Positions 38,715 to 52,550 of a stretch of DNA of 64,000 nt are shown here, piece after piece. Source of the DNA: Octopus vulgaris. Taxonomy: Eukaryota. The first letter of the stretch is position 1, and each line of letters begins with the position of its first letter. The translations under genes and the position numbers were made by a program. Location of the stretch: contig OX597815.1 in assembly GCA_951406725.2 (NCBI GenBank), positions 191,952,001-192,016,000 on the forward strand, in the 5' to 3' direction. A model generated the notes under the pieces. It searched no databases. It was not told the origin of the DNA and worked only from the letters and a program-made list of their open reading frames with translations.

Positions 38715-38915
38715 ACTCTTGTACTTGTTTCAGTCATGTGACTGCGGCCATGCTGGAGCACTACCTTTAGTCGAGCAAATTGACCCCAGGACTTATTCCT
38801 TGCAAGACTAGTACTTGTTCTATCGGTCTCTTTTTCTGAACCGCTAAGTTACGGGGGCGTAAACACACCAGCACTGGTTGTCAAGCGATGTTAGCGGGGA
38901 CAAACACAGACACAA

Positions 38916-38964
<49 letters not shown>

Positions 38965-39137
38965 TATATACACGACAGGCTTCTTTTCAGTTTCCGTCTA
39001 CCAAATCCACTCACAAGGCTTTGGTTGGCCCAAGGCTATAGTAGAAGACACTTGGCCCAGATGCTACGCAGTGGGACTGAACCCGGGACCATGTGGTTGG
39101 TAAGCAAGCTACTTACCACACAGCCACTCCTGCGCCT
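38715..39137 (-). mobile_element. SINE A, full length
   Basis: Matches the consensus. Confidence 0.9.
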
Positions 39138-39842
39138 ATTGTTAAAATTTTTTAAGGAAGAACGGGTAGAACTGGAAGCAATTGTTAGGTTTCTAAATTA
39201 TTTTATTGTGATTTGCTTTTTAAATTAACAGAATGTGACCAAACAGGATCTTCATCAAATGAAAAATAGTACTTTTGTTCTGACTTTTTCCTATATCCTT
39301 TTTCAATTCTTTTTCTCCCTACCCCATGCCTAAAAATAAAATTGAGTCGGTACCTCTGAGTATGACAAATCTACTTTGGTTTTGTTTCAGAAACATCTGA
39401 ATTTCCATACAATTTTGAAGTGTTTGAATTAGGTTTAAAGCTGAAACACACAATGAACTAGTGTTAACATTTATGTGAAGTGGTAGCTCTGGGAAATTGT
39501 ATTTACTAAATTATTCAGGTTCCAAATATTTTTTCTGTGGAAAAATATCTATTAAGAAATGTTAAAAAAAAATATAAAACAATGCTTCATATGAGTATAA
39601 TTTGGTTTTGAGCGATTTAGAGTTTGATAGTTTAATGGTAACAAGGGACCAAAAATCAAAATGGTTCAAAAAGTATTGGAGTCTATTTATGTATTTGGAC
39701 ATAGGGGGTCATCAAAAAAGCCGGACGTGATGATGGCCATTGTTGTTGTTACTCAGCTGTAGGTCAATTCAGGTCAATTATGACTATGACCAATGATCAT
39801 ATATTTCCTAGGTTTACTCAGATGTTTGCATGAAAATAGCAT

Positions 39843-40350
39843 TCATCATCGTTTAACGTCCAATTTCCATGCTAGCATGGATTGGATGGTTTGCCCGGGG
39901 TCTGGGAAGCCTGGAGGCTGGACCAGGCTCCAGTCTAACCTGGCAGTGTTTCTACAGCTGGATGCCCTTCCTAACGCCAACCACTCCATGAGTGTAGTGG
40001 GTGCTTTTTACATACCACTGGCACAGGTCCCAGGGGAGGCTGGCAACGGCCACGATCAGTTGGTGCTTTTTACGTGCCACCGGCACGGAAGCCAGTCAAG
40101 GCGGTGCTGGCATTGGCTACGTTCAGATGGTGCTTTTTACGTGCCACCGGTACAGGTATCACAACTACAATTTCCATTTGATTTTTGTTTTGATGTTGAT
40201 GTACTTGACTCAATAGGTCTCCTCAAGCACAGCAGGTCGCCTTATGATCCAAGGTAAGCACAGCAGGTCGTGCTGTGATCCAAGGCACTTTGGATGGGCT
40301 GGGGCTTCTATGTGAAGCTGGTGCAGGAAACAACTATGAACTCACGTTAT
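39843..40350 (-). mobile_element. Family C repeat, long copy
   Basis: Three tgctttttacgtgccacc-type modules, with extension into the upstream UTR shared with 51702-52226. Confidence 0.85.
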
Positions 40351-40621
40351 TATTCATCATCGTCATTTTTGTGTCTACTTTTCCAAGCTAGCACGAGTCA
40401 GACAGAGTTTATTAAGGCAGATTTTCTATGGCTGGGATGCTCTACCTGTCAATAACTCTCATTTGTTTTGAAGCAAAGTAATATTTCGTTACGGCTAGAC
40501 ATTTCTGCAGATTATTGGAAATGAATAATACTGCTTGTATGATAGTGACCATTTACAAATTTCACATGATATGTAGACAAACATACACACGATATGTACA
40601 CACACATACACAGATGAGGCC

Positions 40622-40790
40622 CCCATGTCTACAGCATTTGCTGCTGGAATAAGGAGTGGTTGGAGATCACGTGGTCGTTAGCCTCAAATCGCCAGGCCTG
40701 GTCGGCGTTTGAGAGAGATGCAGCATTGAGGATGAATGAAGCCAGCTCAACCCACCCCGGGTAAATGCTGTCTCAAGACAAGAAGAAGAC
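40622..40790 (+). mobile_element. RTE-clade LINE 3' end
   Basis: VYSICCWNKEWLEITWSLASNRQAWSAFERDAALRMNEASSTHPG* (LAxxRxxW C-terminal motif), followed by a caagaagaaga tail. Confidence 0.6.
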
Positions 40791-40815
40791 ATATACACAC
40801 ACATAAGTATATACA

Positions 40816-41258
40816 TAGGCGTAGGAGTGGCTGTGTGATAAGTAACTTGCATACGAACCACATGGTTCCGGGTTCAGTTCCACTGCATGGCACCTTGCAC
40901 AAGTGTCTTCTACTATAGCCTCGGGCTGACCAAAGCTTTGTGAGTGGATTTGGTAGACGTAAACTGAAAGAAGCCCATCGTATATATGTATATATATATA
41001 TATATGTGTGTGTGTGTATGTTTGTGTGTATATGTATGTTTGTGCGTATATGTTTGTCTGTGTTTGTCCCCCTAACATCGCTTGACAACCAATGCAGGTG
41101 TGTATACGTCCCTGTAACTTAGCGGTTCGGCAAAAGAGACCGATAGAATAAGTACTAGGCTTACAAAGAATAAGTCCTGGGGTCGATTTGCTTGACTAAA
41201 GGCGGTGCTCCAGCATGGCTACAGTCAAATAACTGAAACAAGTAAAGGAGTAAAAGAG
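40816..41258 (+). mobile_element. SINE A, full length
   Basis: Matches the consensus. Confidence 0.9.
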
Positions 41259-42019
41259 AGAAAAGCGAGAGTACATATGAATATACGACAGGCTTCTTTT
41301 AGCTTCCACCTACCAAATTCACTTATAAGGCAACGGTGGGCGAGGGGCTATAGTAGAGACACTTGCCCAAGACGCCTCGCACATCAGAACTACTACTGTA
41401 TAGTATTCATAGTTCAAATTATAAATTTCTTGACTTAGAGAATTTCATTAAGTTTTCTAAACACATGCGAATGGCGCCACTTAAAGTTCTGCTTTAATTT
41501 TCAGAAGCTGACAAATGGTCTTAGTGTTAGTTGTGATGATGATGATGATGATGCTGTGTCTGGCAATGACAGCAATTGTAATAGCCATAATAGAAGGGGT
41601 GGTGGTGGTGATGGTGGTAGTGGTGGTGGCTTCTCCTCTTCCTCCTCCTCCTCTATTGGCCAACGCAGAAATCGTGATGGCAGTGGTGAAATTTGTGTGT
41701 GGCATGGTAACTATCAAGTTAATAATATGGAGAATGGTTGCATTATTGGCATGTTTGAAAGAATAAATGAGTAAAGTTAACGAATTAATAATTATTAAGA
41801 CCTGTTGTTGCTGATTAGTACTTTTAAATAGCCTGAAAGACGAAAATGTTAAACAAAAAAAAAACAAAAAAACAATTGAATTAACAGGTGACTAAATAAT
41901 AACAGGTACACACCATATTGGTAGAACGTAAGTCTGAGAGAAATTAATTTCAAAGTACTTTGAGAGAATTCTGAAAGTGAGCAACGAAAGAAAAAGCAAA
42001 TGCAAAATAAATAAATAAA

Positions 42020-42087
42020 TCAATAGTAACAACTATAACTGTAATGATGATGATGATAATGATGATGATGATGATAATAACATCAAC

Positions 42088-42119
<32 letters not shown>

Positions 42120-42550
42120 CAACAATGGTAACAATAATGATGATGATCATAATAATAATGATGATGATGATGATAACAAAATCAACAACAACAATAATAA
42201 TAATAATAACAACAACAATGGCAACAATAATGATGATGATGATAATGATGATGATGATAATAATGATGATGATGGTAACAAAATGAACAACAATAATAAT
42301 AATAACAACAATGGTAACAATAATAATGATGATGATGATGATCATAATAATGATGATGATCATAATAATGATGATGATGGTAACAAAATCAACAACAACA
42401 ACAATAATAATAACAAAAATAATGATATTAGTAATAATAATAATAACATTGGTAATAATAATAATATAATAATAATAATAATGATAACAACAACGGTAAC
42501 AACGATGATGATGATGATGATGATGATGATGATCATAACAGTAATAATAA
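42020..42550. repeat. (AAT/GAT/AAC)n tract with higher-order repetition
   Basis: Recurring aacaatggtaacaataatgatg units. Confidence 0.9.
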
Positions 42551-43389
42551 AAGGACGTGAATTTTCATTTGCATGTAACTAATAATGGTAACGAGCAACC
42601 CCATCATTACAATTTCAATCAAGCATCTTCTGTTTGAGCTTGTGGTTGAACGAAAGGTAGAGAGAGACAAGCTAGGTAGACAGAAAGGTAGATAGATAGA
42701 TAGATAGACTGATAGAGAGATAGAGAGAGAGAGAGAGAAGTAGGAAGAGAATGAGTGGGAAATCACTTTATGTAGGAAAATCGATAATTGAGCCGAGTTA
42801 AATTTAACTCAAGACAGGAGGGAGGGAGGTGAGGGAATGAAATTACCATTTCTTTTGCCCCGCCTAATTTATAATCACAGGCAAATGCATATCTAAGTGT
42901 TGGCTTTGTGAAACTTTTTTTTTATATTTTCTTTCACACACACACACTTATATACATACATATACATATTGATATATACATACACAAATATACATACATA
43001 TATGTATACATGCCTATACACATATATATATGCACAAGTACACATGGATACACACATATATGTAAATACAAACATATATACATACATATGAATATATATG
43101 GATGTTGCATGCCTACATATTATATGTATAAAATATTATGCATATATATAAATATACATATATATATATGCATATCTATCTATCTATCTATCTATCTATA
43201 TGTATATATATGTATATATATATATATATATCATCATCATCATTTAACATTTTAACGTCTGCTCTCCATGCTAGCATGGGTTGGACGATTTGACTGAGGA
43301 CTGGCGAACCAGATGGCTGCACCAGGCTCCAATCTGATCTGGCAGAGTTTCTGCAGTTGGATGCCCTTCCTAATACCAACCACTCCGAT

Positions 43390-43409
43390 ATGTATATATA
43401 TAAAATATG

Positions 43410-43459
<50 letters not shown>

Positions 43460-43576
43460 TATAATATATATAAAATATATATATGCATGTATATATAATA
43501 TATATGTATATATAAAAAATATGTATGTATATATGCATAAAATATGTATGTATGTATGTATGTATCTATCTATTTA

Positions 43577-43635
<59 letters not shown>

Positions 43636-43912
43636 ATGTATATGTATGTATATATATATATATATATATATGTATGTCTATGTATGTATATATATATATG
43701 TATGTCTATGTATGTATATATATATATGTATGTCTATGTATGTATATATATGTATGTCTATGTATGTATATATATATATATGTATGTCTATGTATATATA
43801 TGTATGTATGTCTATGTATATATATATGTTTTGTACGTCTATGTATATATATATATATGTATGTGTGTGTATATATATATATATATATATACATACATAC
43901 ATATATATACAC
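43390..43912. repeat. (TA)n/(TATG)n compound microsatellite with tgtatgtcta minisatellite units
   Basis: Seen directly. Confidence 0.9.
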
Positions 43913-44796
43913 ATGGGTTTTTGTATATTCTTTGTTTTTAAACTTGGTTCTTTTCGTTTTGTGTTCTAAGTTGAAATGAACTGTTGAATATATTTGTCCA
44001 ACAGTTCAGAGTTTTACAGCTTGCAATGAACTGAAGGATCCTCGACAAAATAGATTCTAGAAACACCAACTCTTTTACACCGTCTTTCACTCTCTCTCTT
44101 TTCTTTTATTTTATATTTTGTTTGTGTTTTTTTTTAAAATTTGCATCAAGGGTTGAGGGTGGGTGCTGCATATTCCTTGTCAGTGATCTTTAGAGCATAG
44201 AAGAAAAAGCAGAATAATAATAATAATAATAATAAAATAGAACCACCATAACTGTTTGTATGTTTGCTGGCTTTATTTTCCTTTTTCCGTTACTACAAAG
44301 AACGGCTTAAAAACAGAAATTCCTTTTATACCATTCTGCATTCATTTCATACAAAGCTGTGTTCGACTGAAATCTTTTCATTTCCTTGTGATTTAAACTG
44401 ATCGCAAAAATTCTTGCTTCTTCTTAATTTATAGAATTACAAATCACCAAATGCCACAATCACTTTTAGCAAGCTAGTGAAGAAGGGTGGACGCTCAACG
44501 TGGTTGCTTGATCTGCTAGAAATAACAACCAAATTTCTCTGAAATCAAACCACTAGTTTTAAATAATGTATAGTCCTGGACACCTTTAAAACAATATTTC
44601 TCGACCACAGCTCATATGTCCCCTCGGGGGTCGATATTAGAATTTTTGGGTTCATCATCATCATCATCATCATCATCATTGTTTAACGTCTGTTTTCCAT
44701 GATTGTTTAATTTTAGCATGAAGCTGTAGAGTAGGTATGAGGAGAGGCATCTTGATGGTTTGCTCATAAAATAAGGTAGAATATTTGGGCTTGATA

Positions 44797-46103
44797 TGGC
44801 ATGTAAAAAGCACCCACTACACTCTCAAAGTGGTTGGTGTTACGAAGGGCATCCAGCTGTAGAAACCTTGCCAGATCAGGTTGGAGCCTGGTGCAGCCTC
44901 CTAGCTTGTCAGTCTCAGTCAAATCGTCCAACCCATGCCAGTATGGAAAGTAGAGATTAAACGATGATGATGATGACAAGATATTAATTAGCATTTCTTA
45001 TGCTTCTTTATGTTCAGAGCTCAAATCCTACAACAGTCCAATTTGCTTTCCATCTTTTCGGGGTTGATAAAATAGGCTACCAGTCAAAAGTTAAGGTCGA
45101 TGAATAAACGTGCCCCCCACCCCTCATATTGCCAGTTTTATGTTAAAATTTGAATCATGGAATCGTTAACATAATGCTTAGTGGCACTTCAACAGCACTT
45201 TACATTTTGAGTTCAAATTCTTCCAAGGTCAACTTTGCATTTTATTGTTTTGGATGTTGTTGAAATAAAGTGCCAGTCAAATACCAGGACTGGTTAATTG
45301 ACTTTGCCCCTACCCTCAAATTGCTAGCCTTATGCTAAAATATGAAACAGAGTCATTAAATAGCACAGTAGACAAAATGCTTAGTGGTGTTTCTACAAGC
45401 ATTTTACATTCTGAGTTCAAATTCCACCAAGGTCGACTTTGCCTTTCATCCTTTCGGGGTCAATAAATTAAGTACCAGTGAATCACTGGGGTTGATGCAG
45501 TTGACTCGTCCCCTCCCTCAAATGGCTGCCCTTGTGGCAAAATTTGAAACCAATATCTTGGATGTTGTTAAAATAAAGCATCACTTAATTACTGAGGTCA
45601 ATGTAATTGACTTGCTCCCTTCTTTAATTACTGACTCCCTTAATTACTTGCTCCCTTCTTTAATTACTGGCCTGGTGCCAAAATTTGAAACAATTATTAT
45701 TAGCATTATTAATTGCAGGTATAAGGCAGTGAGCTGGCAGAATTGTTAGCATGCCGGTTGAAGTGCTTAGCGGTATTTGGTCTGTCTTCACATTCTGAGT
45801 TCAAATGCTGCTGGGGTCAACTTTGCCTTTCATCCTTCCAGGGTCAATAAATTAAGTAGCAGTTACACACTGGGGTCAATGTAATCGACTTGTCTCCTCC
45901 CCCAAATTTCTGGCCTTGTGCCTATAGTGGAAAGGATTATTAATTGCAGGTGTGGCTGCGTGGTAAGAAGCTTCCTTCCAAATCACATGGTCCCAGGTTC
46001 AGTTCCACTATGTGGTGCCTTGGGCAACTGTCTTCTACTGTAGCCTTGGGCCAACCAAGACCTTGTGAATGAGTTTGGTAGATGGAAACTGAAAGAAGCC
46101 AGT

Positions 46104-46165
<62 letters not shown>

Positions 46166-46540
46166 TGTGTATTTATATATATATATGTGTGAGTGTGTCT
46201 GTGTTCTACTATAGCCTCGGGCCGACCAAACCCTTATGAGTGGATTTGGTAGATGGAAACTGAAAGAAGCCCGTCGTATATATGTGTATATAAATATATA
46301 TATGTATATGTGTGTGTATATGTTTGTGTGTCTGTGTTGTCACCCCACCCCAAACATCGCTTGACAACCTATGTTGGTGTGTTTACGTGCCTGTAACTTA
46401 GCAGTTTGGCAAAAGAGACTGATAGAATAAATTCTAGGCTTACAATGAATAAGTCCTGGGGTCAATTTGCTCAACTAAAGGTGGTGCTCCAGCATGGCCA
46501 CAGTCAAATGACTGAAACAAGTAAAAGAAAAAGAAAAGAA
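44797..46540 (+). mobile_element. Head-to-tail pile-up: family C, three to four SINE B copies and a SINE A with a duplicated head segment
   Basis: Repeated SINE B cores near 45050, 45230, 45440 and 45820; SINE A at 45945-46540. Confidence 0.75.
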
Positions 46541-47108
46541 TATATCCACTGCCCTTCAAAATTACTAACTCTACTATCAGTACCATCACCGATACTATCA
46601 CAAGTGTAACCACCACCACTACTGCTGCCTATGCAACCACTCCTAGTGTTACAACTAACACCATATACACAACTACTTGACCACTAAAATGATTATTGTC
46701 ATAAGTGGTAGTAAGTTAAATACCATAGTCAAACATACGATTCGTTTCTGTCACCGCTACCACCACCACCACCACCACCACACCACCACTGCCGCCACTG
46801 TTGTCACCACCATGACTACTACCATCACTATTACCACCACTTCCACCACTGTTGTCACCACCACCACCACCACCACCACCACCACCACCACCACCACTCC
46901 ACCACCACTGCCGCTGTTGTCATCATCCCCATCACCACCTCCACCACCACTGCCACCACTACCGTTGCCACCACCAACACCACCACTACTGCCGCTGTCA
47001 TTACCACCACCACTGCCATCGCAGTTGTCACCACCACCACCATCACAATAGCAGCTGTTACAAGTAATGGTTAAGTTATTGAGGTTATAGTACTTATGCA
47101 TAATCATT

Positions 47109-47432
47109 CTTACCTCCGTGGACAAGATACCTCAATAACCACTGGATGGATTCGAATGAAACTTCCAGGGATGTTTGGCCTCACGACTGGCATGGACTGA
47201 TTAGATTTTGGGATCGACCCTGTACCGGACAAGGATTCTGGATTATTTTTCCGTTTTTTTTTTTTTTACCTAATTTTTGAGAGTGGCCAGGTTTATTTTT
47301 AGTATTCTCGTTTTGAGAGCAGCTGAACTTATTTCTGATATTCTCATTTAAAAAATGATCTCCGGTTAGTCGTTGAGAGGACGTTGGTGTTGCCTTGGCG
47401 GAGGTTTACGCTCTCCGAGTGCTCTTGTTTTT
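47109..47432 (+). mobile_element. Helentron-associated non-autonomous element (HINE-like)
   Basis: Sub-terminal inverted repeats acctccg/cggaggt, a 3' hairpin cgctc-tcc-gagtg and a T-rich insertion site. Confidence 0.55.
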
Positions 47433-47631
47433 TAATTGCTTTTTGCTTTTGTTTTTCTTTGGAATCTTAATATTTCAAAGTAAAGCATTATTCATATTAT
47501 GTTCATACGGAATATCATTGCTGGTGAGTACTGTTGACCATATATATATATATATATAACATGTTGATTCGCTAGCTTCTGCACGCATTTTTTTTCCTTC
47601 CTTGTTTCTCTCCGTGTTTCTTTTCTGTTTA

Positions 47632-47669
47632 TCTTTCTGTTGAAGAGCGTAGGCTCGAAACGTAAAAGA
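47632..47669 (+). ncRNA. Minimal hammerhead motif with variant core CUGUUGA, in a Penelope-like fragment (about 47560-47770)
   Basis: tcttt-CTGTTGA-a-gagc-gtag-gctc-GAAA-cg-TA-aaaga: perfect 5-bp stem I, 4-bp stem II and GUA triplet. Confidence 0.6.
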
Positions 47670-47928
47670 CTTGTTTTATTTATATTCCCGAGCACCATAC
47701 TAATACAATTGTTTGTTTGTATTCCACCTGCCTTCGTCTTTTGTTTATTTTCATAAAGCTTCCCGTTATATATATAATTATACTGTTTGATACGCTTCTG
47801 TACATATACTCTGTGATATATTTATACTATTATATTCCTTGATACACCTATACAGATACACTTCTGAATATTCTTATATAGATATTCTTATCGATATATA
47901 GATGTATTTATTTCTTGATACTCTTATA

Positions 47929-48132
47929 TATGAGAGGGGTGCGAAAACTTGCCTGGTGTCACGAAAGGCCTGGATGAAGGCCTGGCGTTTTGAGTTCTTT
48001 TATAGGGCAATAGAAAAGCTGCAATAAGCATGTGAATCTGTGAGGGGAATATGTTGAATAAAATCATAGTTAACTGATCCTCTTGTATTTTCTTTTTACC
48101 CTAAGCCAAGAACTTTTCAGCACCCCCTTGTA
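47929..48132 (+). mobile_element. Internally deleted mariner (MITE)
   Basis: TIRs gaggggtgcgaaaacttgcctgg and gccaagaacttttcagcacccccttg|ta. The interior FFYRAIEKLQ...VNL*GEYVE* is a mariner C-terminus. Confidence 0.65.
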
Positions 48133-48257
48133 AATATACTCCTTGATACACTTATATATAGATACCTGGTGATACTGTCATATATGTATATATACTTGCT
48201 GAGATTCATATCTATCTATCTGTATGTATGTATGTCTATCTATCTATCTATCTATCT

Positions 48258-48324
<67 letters not shown>

Positions 48325-48615
48325 TACATACATATACATATATGCTCTTAGCTTAGTTTTTCTTCGGGGATGGCCAGATTGGAGCAATCTCAAGGTTAAT
48401 CAGCCGAAATTGCGAGGATGATCCGGTTCTTGACTGAGGATAGGAAGCTTCGAATGACCCATCCTTGTTTCTTTCGTATCGCCCATCTGGATGTTTTGTT
48501 GTCCCTTTTTGTATCACCTAGTTGTCCGGATGTTTTGCATTCTTGTCCCATTTTGTACTATATACATATATATATATATATATTTCTTTTTTCTCTCCTT
48601 GTTTTTTCTGTGTCC

Positions 48616-48651
48616 CTTTCTGTAGAAGTGCATAGGCTCGAAACGTAAAAG
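48616..48651 (+). ncRNA. Minimal hammerhead motif with variant core CUGUAGA, in a second copy of the Penelope-like fragment (about 48583-48745)
   Basis: cttt-CTGTAGA-a-gtgc-atag-gctc-GAAA-cg-TA-aaag, flanked by (TA)n. Confidence 0.55.
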
Positions 48652-48800
48652 ACTTTTTCTATTCCTGAGTGTTATACTTATACATCTGTTTGTTTTGTAC
48701 ACCACCTGTCTTCGTCTTTTGTTTTTTTTCATAAACTCTCCCTATATATATATAGCGGCATACATACAAGTTGTTCTCTTTATATATATATATATATATA

Positions 48801-48942
48801 TGTGGAATAAACTGCCTGCATCAGTTGTTGACTGCCATGACACTGCATCCTTTAAGGCCCTCATGCTTCCCGAAATCCGTCGAAACTACACCTGATTATA
48901 TATACACTTTAGATGAGTTGTAGTGCACCTGAGCACTGTACA

Positions 48943-48990
<48 letters not shown>
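48801..48990 (+). mobile_element. CR1-like LINE 3' fragment
   Basis: WNKLPASVVDCHDTASFKALMLPEIRRNYT*, then gcacctgagcactgta(tta)n as in 2847-3087. Confidence 0.75.
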
Positions 48991-48992
<2 letters not shown>

Positions 48993-49407
48993 CTTTGCAT
49001 TTTGAAATAATAGGCATGTAATAAACACACAGTAAACATGACTGTATATTCTGAGTCTTCCAAATGGATCATAATGTAATCTGTGTATTGTCCTTTGTAC
49101 ACCCTGATGATTTTCCATCAAAGTTATTTTAAAATGCAAAATTATATATTTATACATGTTTTGTAGTTTTAATTTTGTTTATGAAATGAAACAATTGTAG
49201 GTGAATATATCAATTAATTAATAAATTATTTTGTATCTATTAGATCTTTCTTAATAATATAATAAACTTAATAATAATATTTGATATTTTACAATATTTT
49301 ATACAATATATTCATTGAAGAAATATTTCTTCAAAATACAATATATTAATCCAGTGTATCTTGGATAAAAATACCCCTATAAGAGGTTTGAATATCCTCC
49401 TTGTAAC

Positions 49408-49456
<49 letters not shown>

Positions 49457-50189
49457 GTCTAGAAACTGAGGTTGGGGGAAAGCAAGGGCATGCTCCCTGT
49501 ACAAAATCTAGCTCCAAAAAAGCCTCATGATAGCAGGGGAGAATGGGCACCCACCCAAAGTCGCCCAAAGCTGCCCAAAGGTTGGGGTGGGCTGCACCTG
49601 CCTACCTCGGTTGCTATCGCCTTGAGGTAGATCCGGCTACCCCTGTTAACAGGGACAAAATCCTGATTTAAAACAGTGGATGATGATGATGATATATACA
49701 CACACACACATACACGACAAGCTTCATTTAGTTTCCGTGTATCAAATCCACTCACAAGGCATTTGTTGGTTCAGGGCTATAGTAGAAGACACTTGCCCAA
49801 GGAGCCATGTGGTGGGACTGAACCCAGAACCATGTGGTTGGTAAGCAAGCTTCTTACCACACAGCTGCAGCTGTGCCTGGTCCATTTCCATCTCTCCGGT
49901 ATCGGATGTGTGATGGTATACAAGCCTGTGTCTGAAGAACCAATGAGAGAGCCTTTACGTGGTCACCCACTTGACATGCTAGAAATCACAGTTAAAGTTC
50001 CTACTCACACACACACACACACACTCACACATCTCGAATCACATCCTGCCATCTTGAAAAAGGATGGACACTGGAATAATGCGGCCTTTTGATTATGCCA
50101 AAACTGGGAAAAGGATATGAATTCGGTTATGGGTCTACTTGATCAAAGCAATAAGAACAGAAGGAACCAGAACAACCACAGGGAGCAGC

Positions 50190-50220
<31 letters not shown>

Positions 50221-50350
50221 AAAACAATAGCAACGACTGTAATGTCAACAATTTCATAAATTTTCATCCGCTCAGAATCATTACTAATTTATTGTAAAAA
50301 GAAATTCCATCTCTTTTTCTCTCTCTCTTCCTTCCCCCTCTCTCTGTCTG

Positions 50351-50383
<33 letters not shown>

Positions 50384-50446
50384 TACATACATGCATGCAT
50401 ACACACACACATACATACATACATACATACATACATACATACATAC

Positions 50447-51209
50447 ATGTCTTCTACTGTAGCCTCGGGCCGACCAATGCCTTGTGAGTGGATTTGGTAG
50501 ACGGAAACTGAAAGAAGCCTGTCGTACATATGTATATATATATATATATATATATATGTTTGTGTGTCTGTGTTTGTCCCCCTAGCATTGCTTGACAACC
50601 GATGCTGGTGTGTTTACGTCCCCGTCACTTAGCGGTTCGGCAAAAAGAGACCGATAGAATAAGTACTAGGCTTACAAAGAATAAGTCCAGGGGTCGATTT
50701 GCTCGACTAAAGGCAGTGCTCCAGCATGGCCACAGTCAAATGACTGAAACAAGTAAAAGAGTAAAAAAAGAGTATACATACATACATACATACATGGCTG
50801 TGAGATAAGAGGTTTACTTTCTAAGTGCATGGTTCCGGCTTCGGTGCCACTGCATGGCACCTTGACCAAGTGTCTTCTACTTTTGTCTCAGGTCGACTAA
50901 ATCCTTGTGAACGAAATTAGAAAACGGAAACTGAAAGAAGCCCATTGAATATTTGTATATATGTGTGTGTGTGTGTGTGTATGTACACTTCTCTGTCCCC
51001 CACCAGTGCTTGGCAACTTGTGCTGGGCTGTTTATGCCCCTGTAACTTAGCAGCTCAGCAAAAGAGACTGACAGACAGAGTAAGTGCCAGGCTTAAAAAC
51101 TGATAAATATTGGGGTCAATTCATTCAAGATGGTACCTCAGTATGAATGAATCTTAATGACTGAAACAAGGAAAATATACATACATACATACATGTATAT
51201 GTGTGTGTA

Positions 51210-51262
<53 letters not shown>

Positions 51263-51669
51263 TTACTCTTTTACTTGTTTCAGTCATTTGACTGCAGCCA
51301 TGCTGGAGCACTGCCTTTAATCGAGCAACTCGACCCCGGGACTTATTCTTTTGTAAGCCCAGTACTTATTCTATCGGTCTCTTTTGCCGAACCGCTAAGT
51401 GACGGGGATGCAAACACACCAGCATCGGTTGTCAAGCAATGCTAGGGAGACAAACACAGACACACAAACACACACATGCATATATAAATATATATATATA
51501 TACATGTACATATATACGACGGGCTTCTTTCAGTTTCCGTCTGCCAAATCCACTCACAAGGCTTTGGTCGGCCCGAGGCTATAGTGGAGGACACTTGCCC
51601 ACGCAGTGGGACTGAACCCGGAACCATGTGGTTGGTAAACAAGCTACTTACCACACAGCCACTCCTGCG

Positions 51670-51672
<3 letters not shown>
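50447..51672. mobile_element. Three SINE A copies (50447-50770 +, 50793-51175 +, 51260-51672 -)
   Basis: Match the consensus; the last copy is inverted relative to the first two. Confidence 0.85.
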
Positions 51673-51701
<29 letters not shown>

Positions 51702-51704
<3 letters not shown>

Positions 51705-52226
51705 TCATCATCATTATTTAACATCCGCTTTCCATGCTAGCATGGGTTGGACAGTTCGACCGGGGTCTGGGAAACCCGGAGGCTGCACCTGGTTCCAGTC
51801 TGATCTGGCAGTGTTGCTACAGCTGGATGCCCTTCCTAACGCTAACCACTCCGTGAGTGTAGTGGGTTTTTTTTTGCGTGCCACCATCACAGGGGCCAGA
51901 TGAGGCTGGCAACGGCCATAATCGGTTGGTGCTTTTTACGTGCCACCAGCACAGATGCCAGTCATGGTGGCACTTATATCGGCCACATTCAGATGGTACT
52001 TTTAACGTGCCAATGGCACAACTACAATTTCCATTTGATTTTTATTTTTATTTTGACTTTGATGTTGATGTACTTGACTCAATAGGTCTCCTGAAGCACA
52101 GCAGGTAGCCCTACGATCCAAGGTAAACACAGCGGGCCGTCCTGCGAGCCATGAACTCACTTCATTTTGTTGAGTCTTTGCAGTCACAGCATATCTCCAG
52201 AAATCTTGGTCTTTTGTCATTGCCTC
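51702..52226 (-). mobile_element. Family C long copy extending into an RTE-like ORF end
   Basis: Minus strand reads EAMTKDQDFWRYAVTAKT (DRxxWR-type C-terminus) immediately 5' of the family C UTR. Confidence 0.7.
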
Positions 52227-52550
52227 TAATAATATATTACCCACAAGGGGCTAAACATAGAGGAGACAAACAAGGACAGACAAAGAGATTAAATCGATTA
52301 CATCGACCCCGGTACGCAACTGGTACTTGATTTATCAACCCAGAAAGGATGAAAGGCAAAGTTGACCTTGGCGGAATTTGAACTCACGACGAAATACCGC
52401 TAAGCATTTTGCCCGACGTGCTAACGTTTCTGCCAGCTTGCCGCCTCTAATAATAATAATAATAATAATAATAATATTAATAATAATGATAATAATAACA
52501 ACATCGAAAAATACCTTAGGAATGAGAACCCAGGTTGGAAATTTCCCCAA

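Noticed and set aside
48430-48462. CTGAGGA...GAAT motif, with a sister copy on the minus strand at about 23555-23590
   Set aside because: It lies in a (TA)n-flanked Penelope-like fragment, but has GAAU instead of GAAA and no convincing stem I; not counted as a hammerhead.
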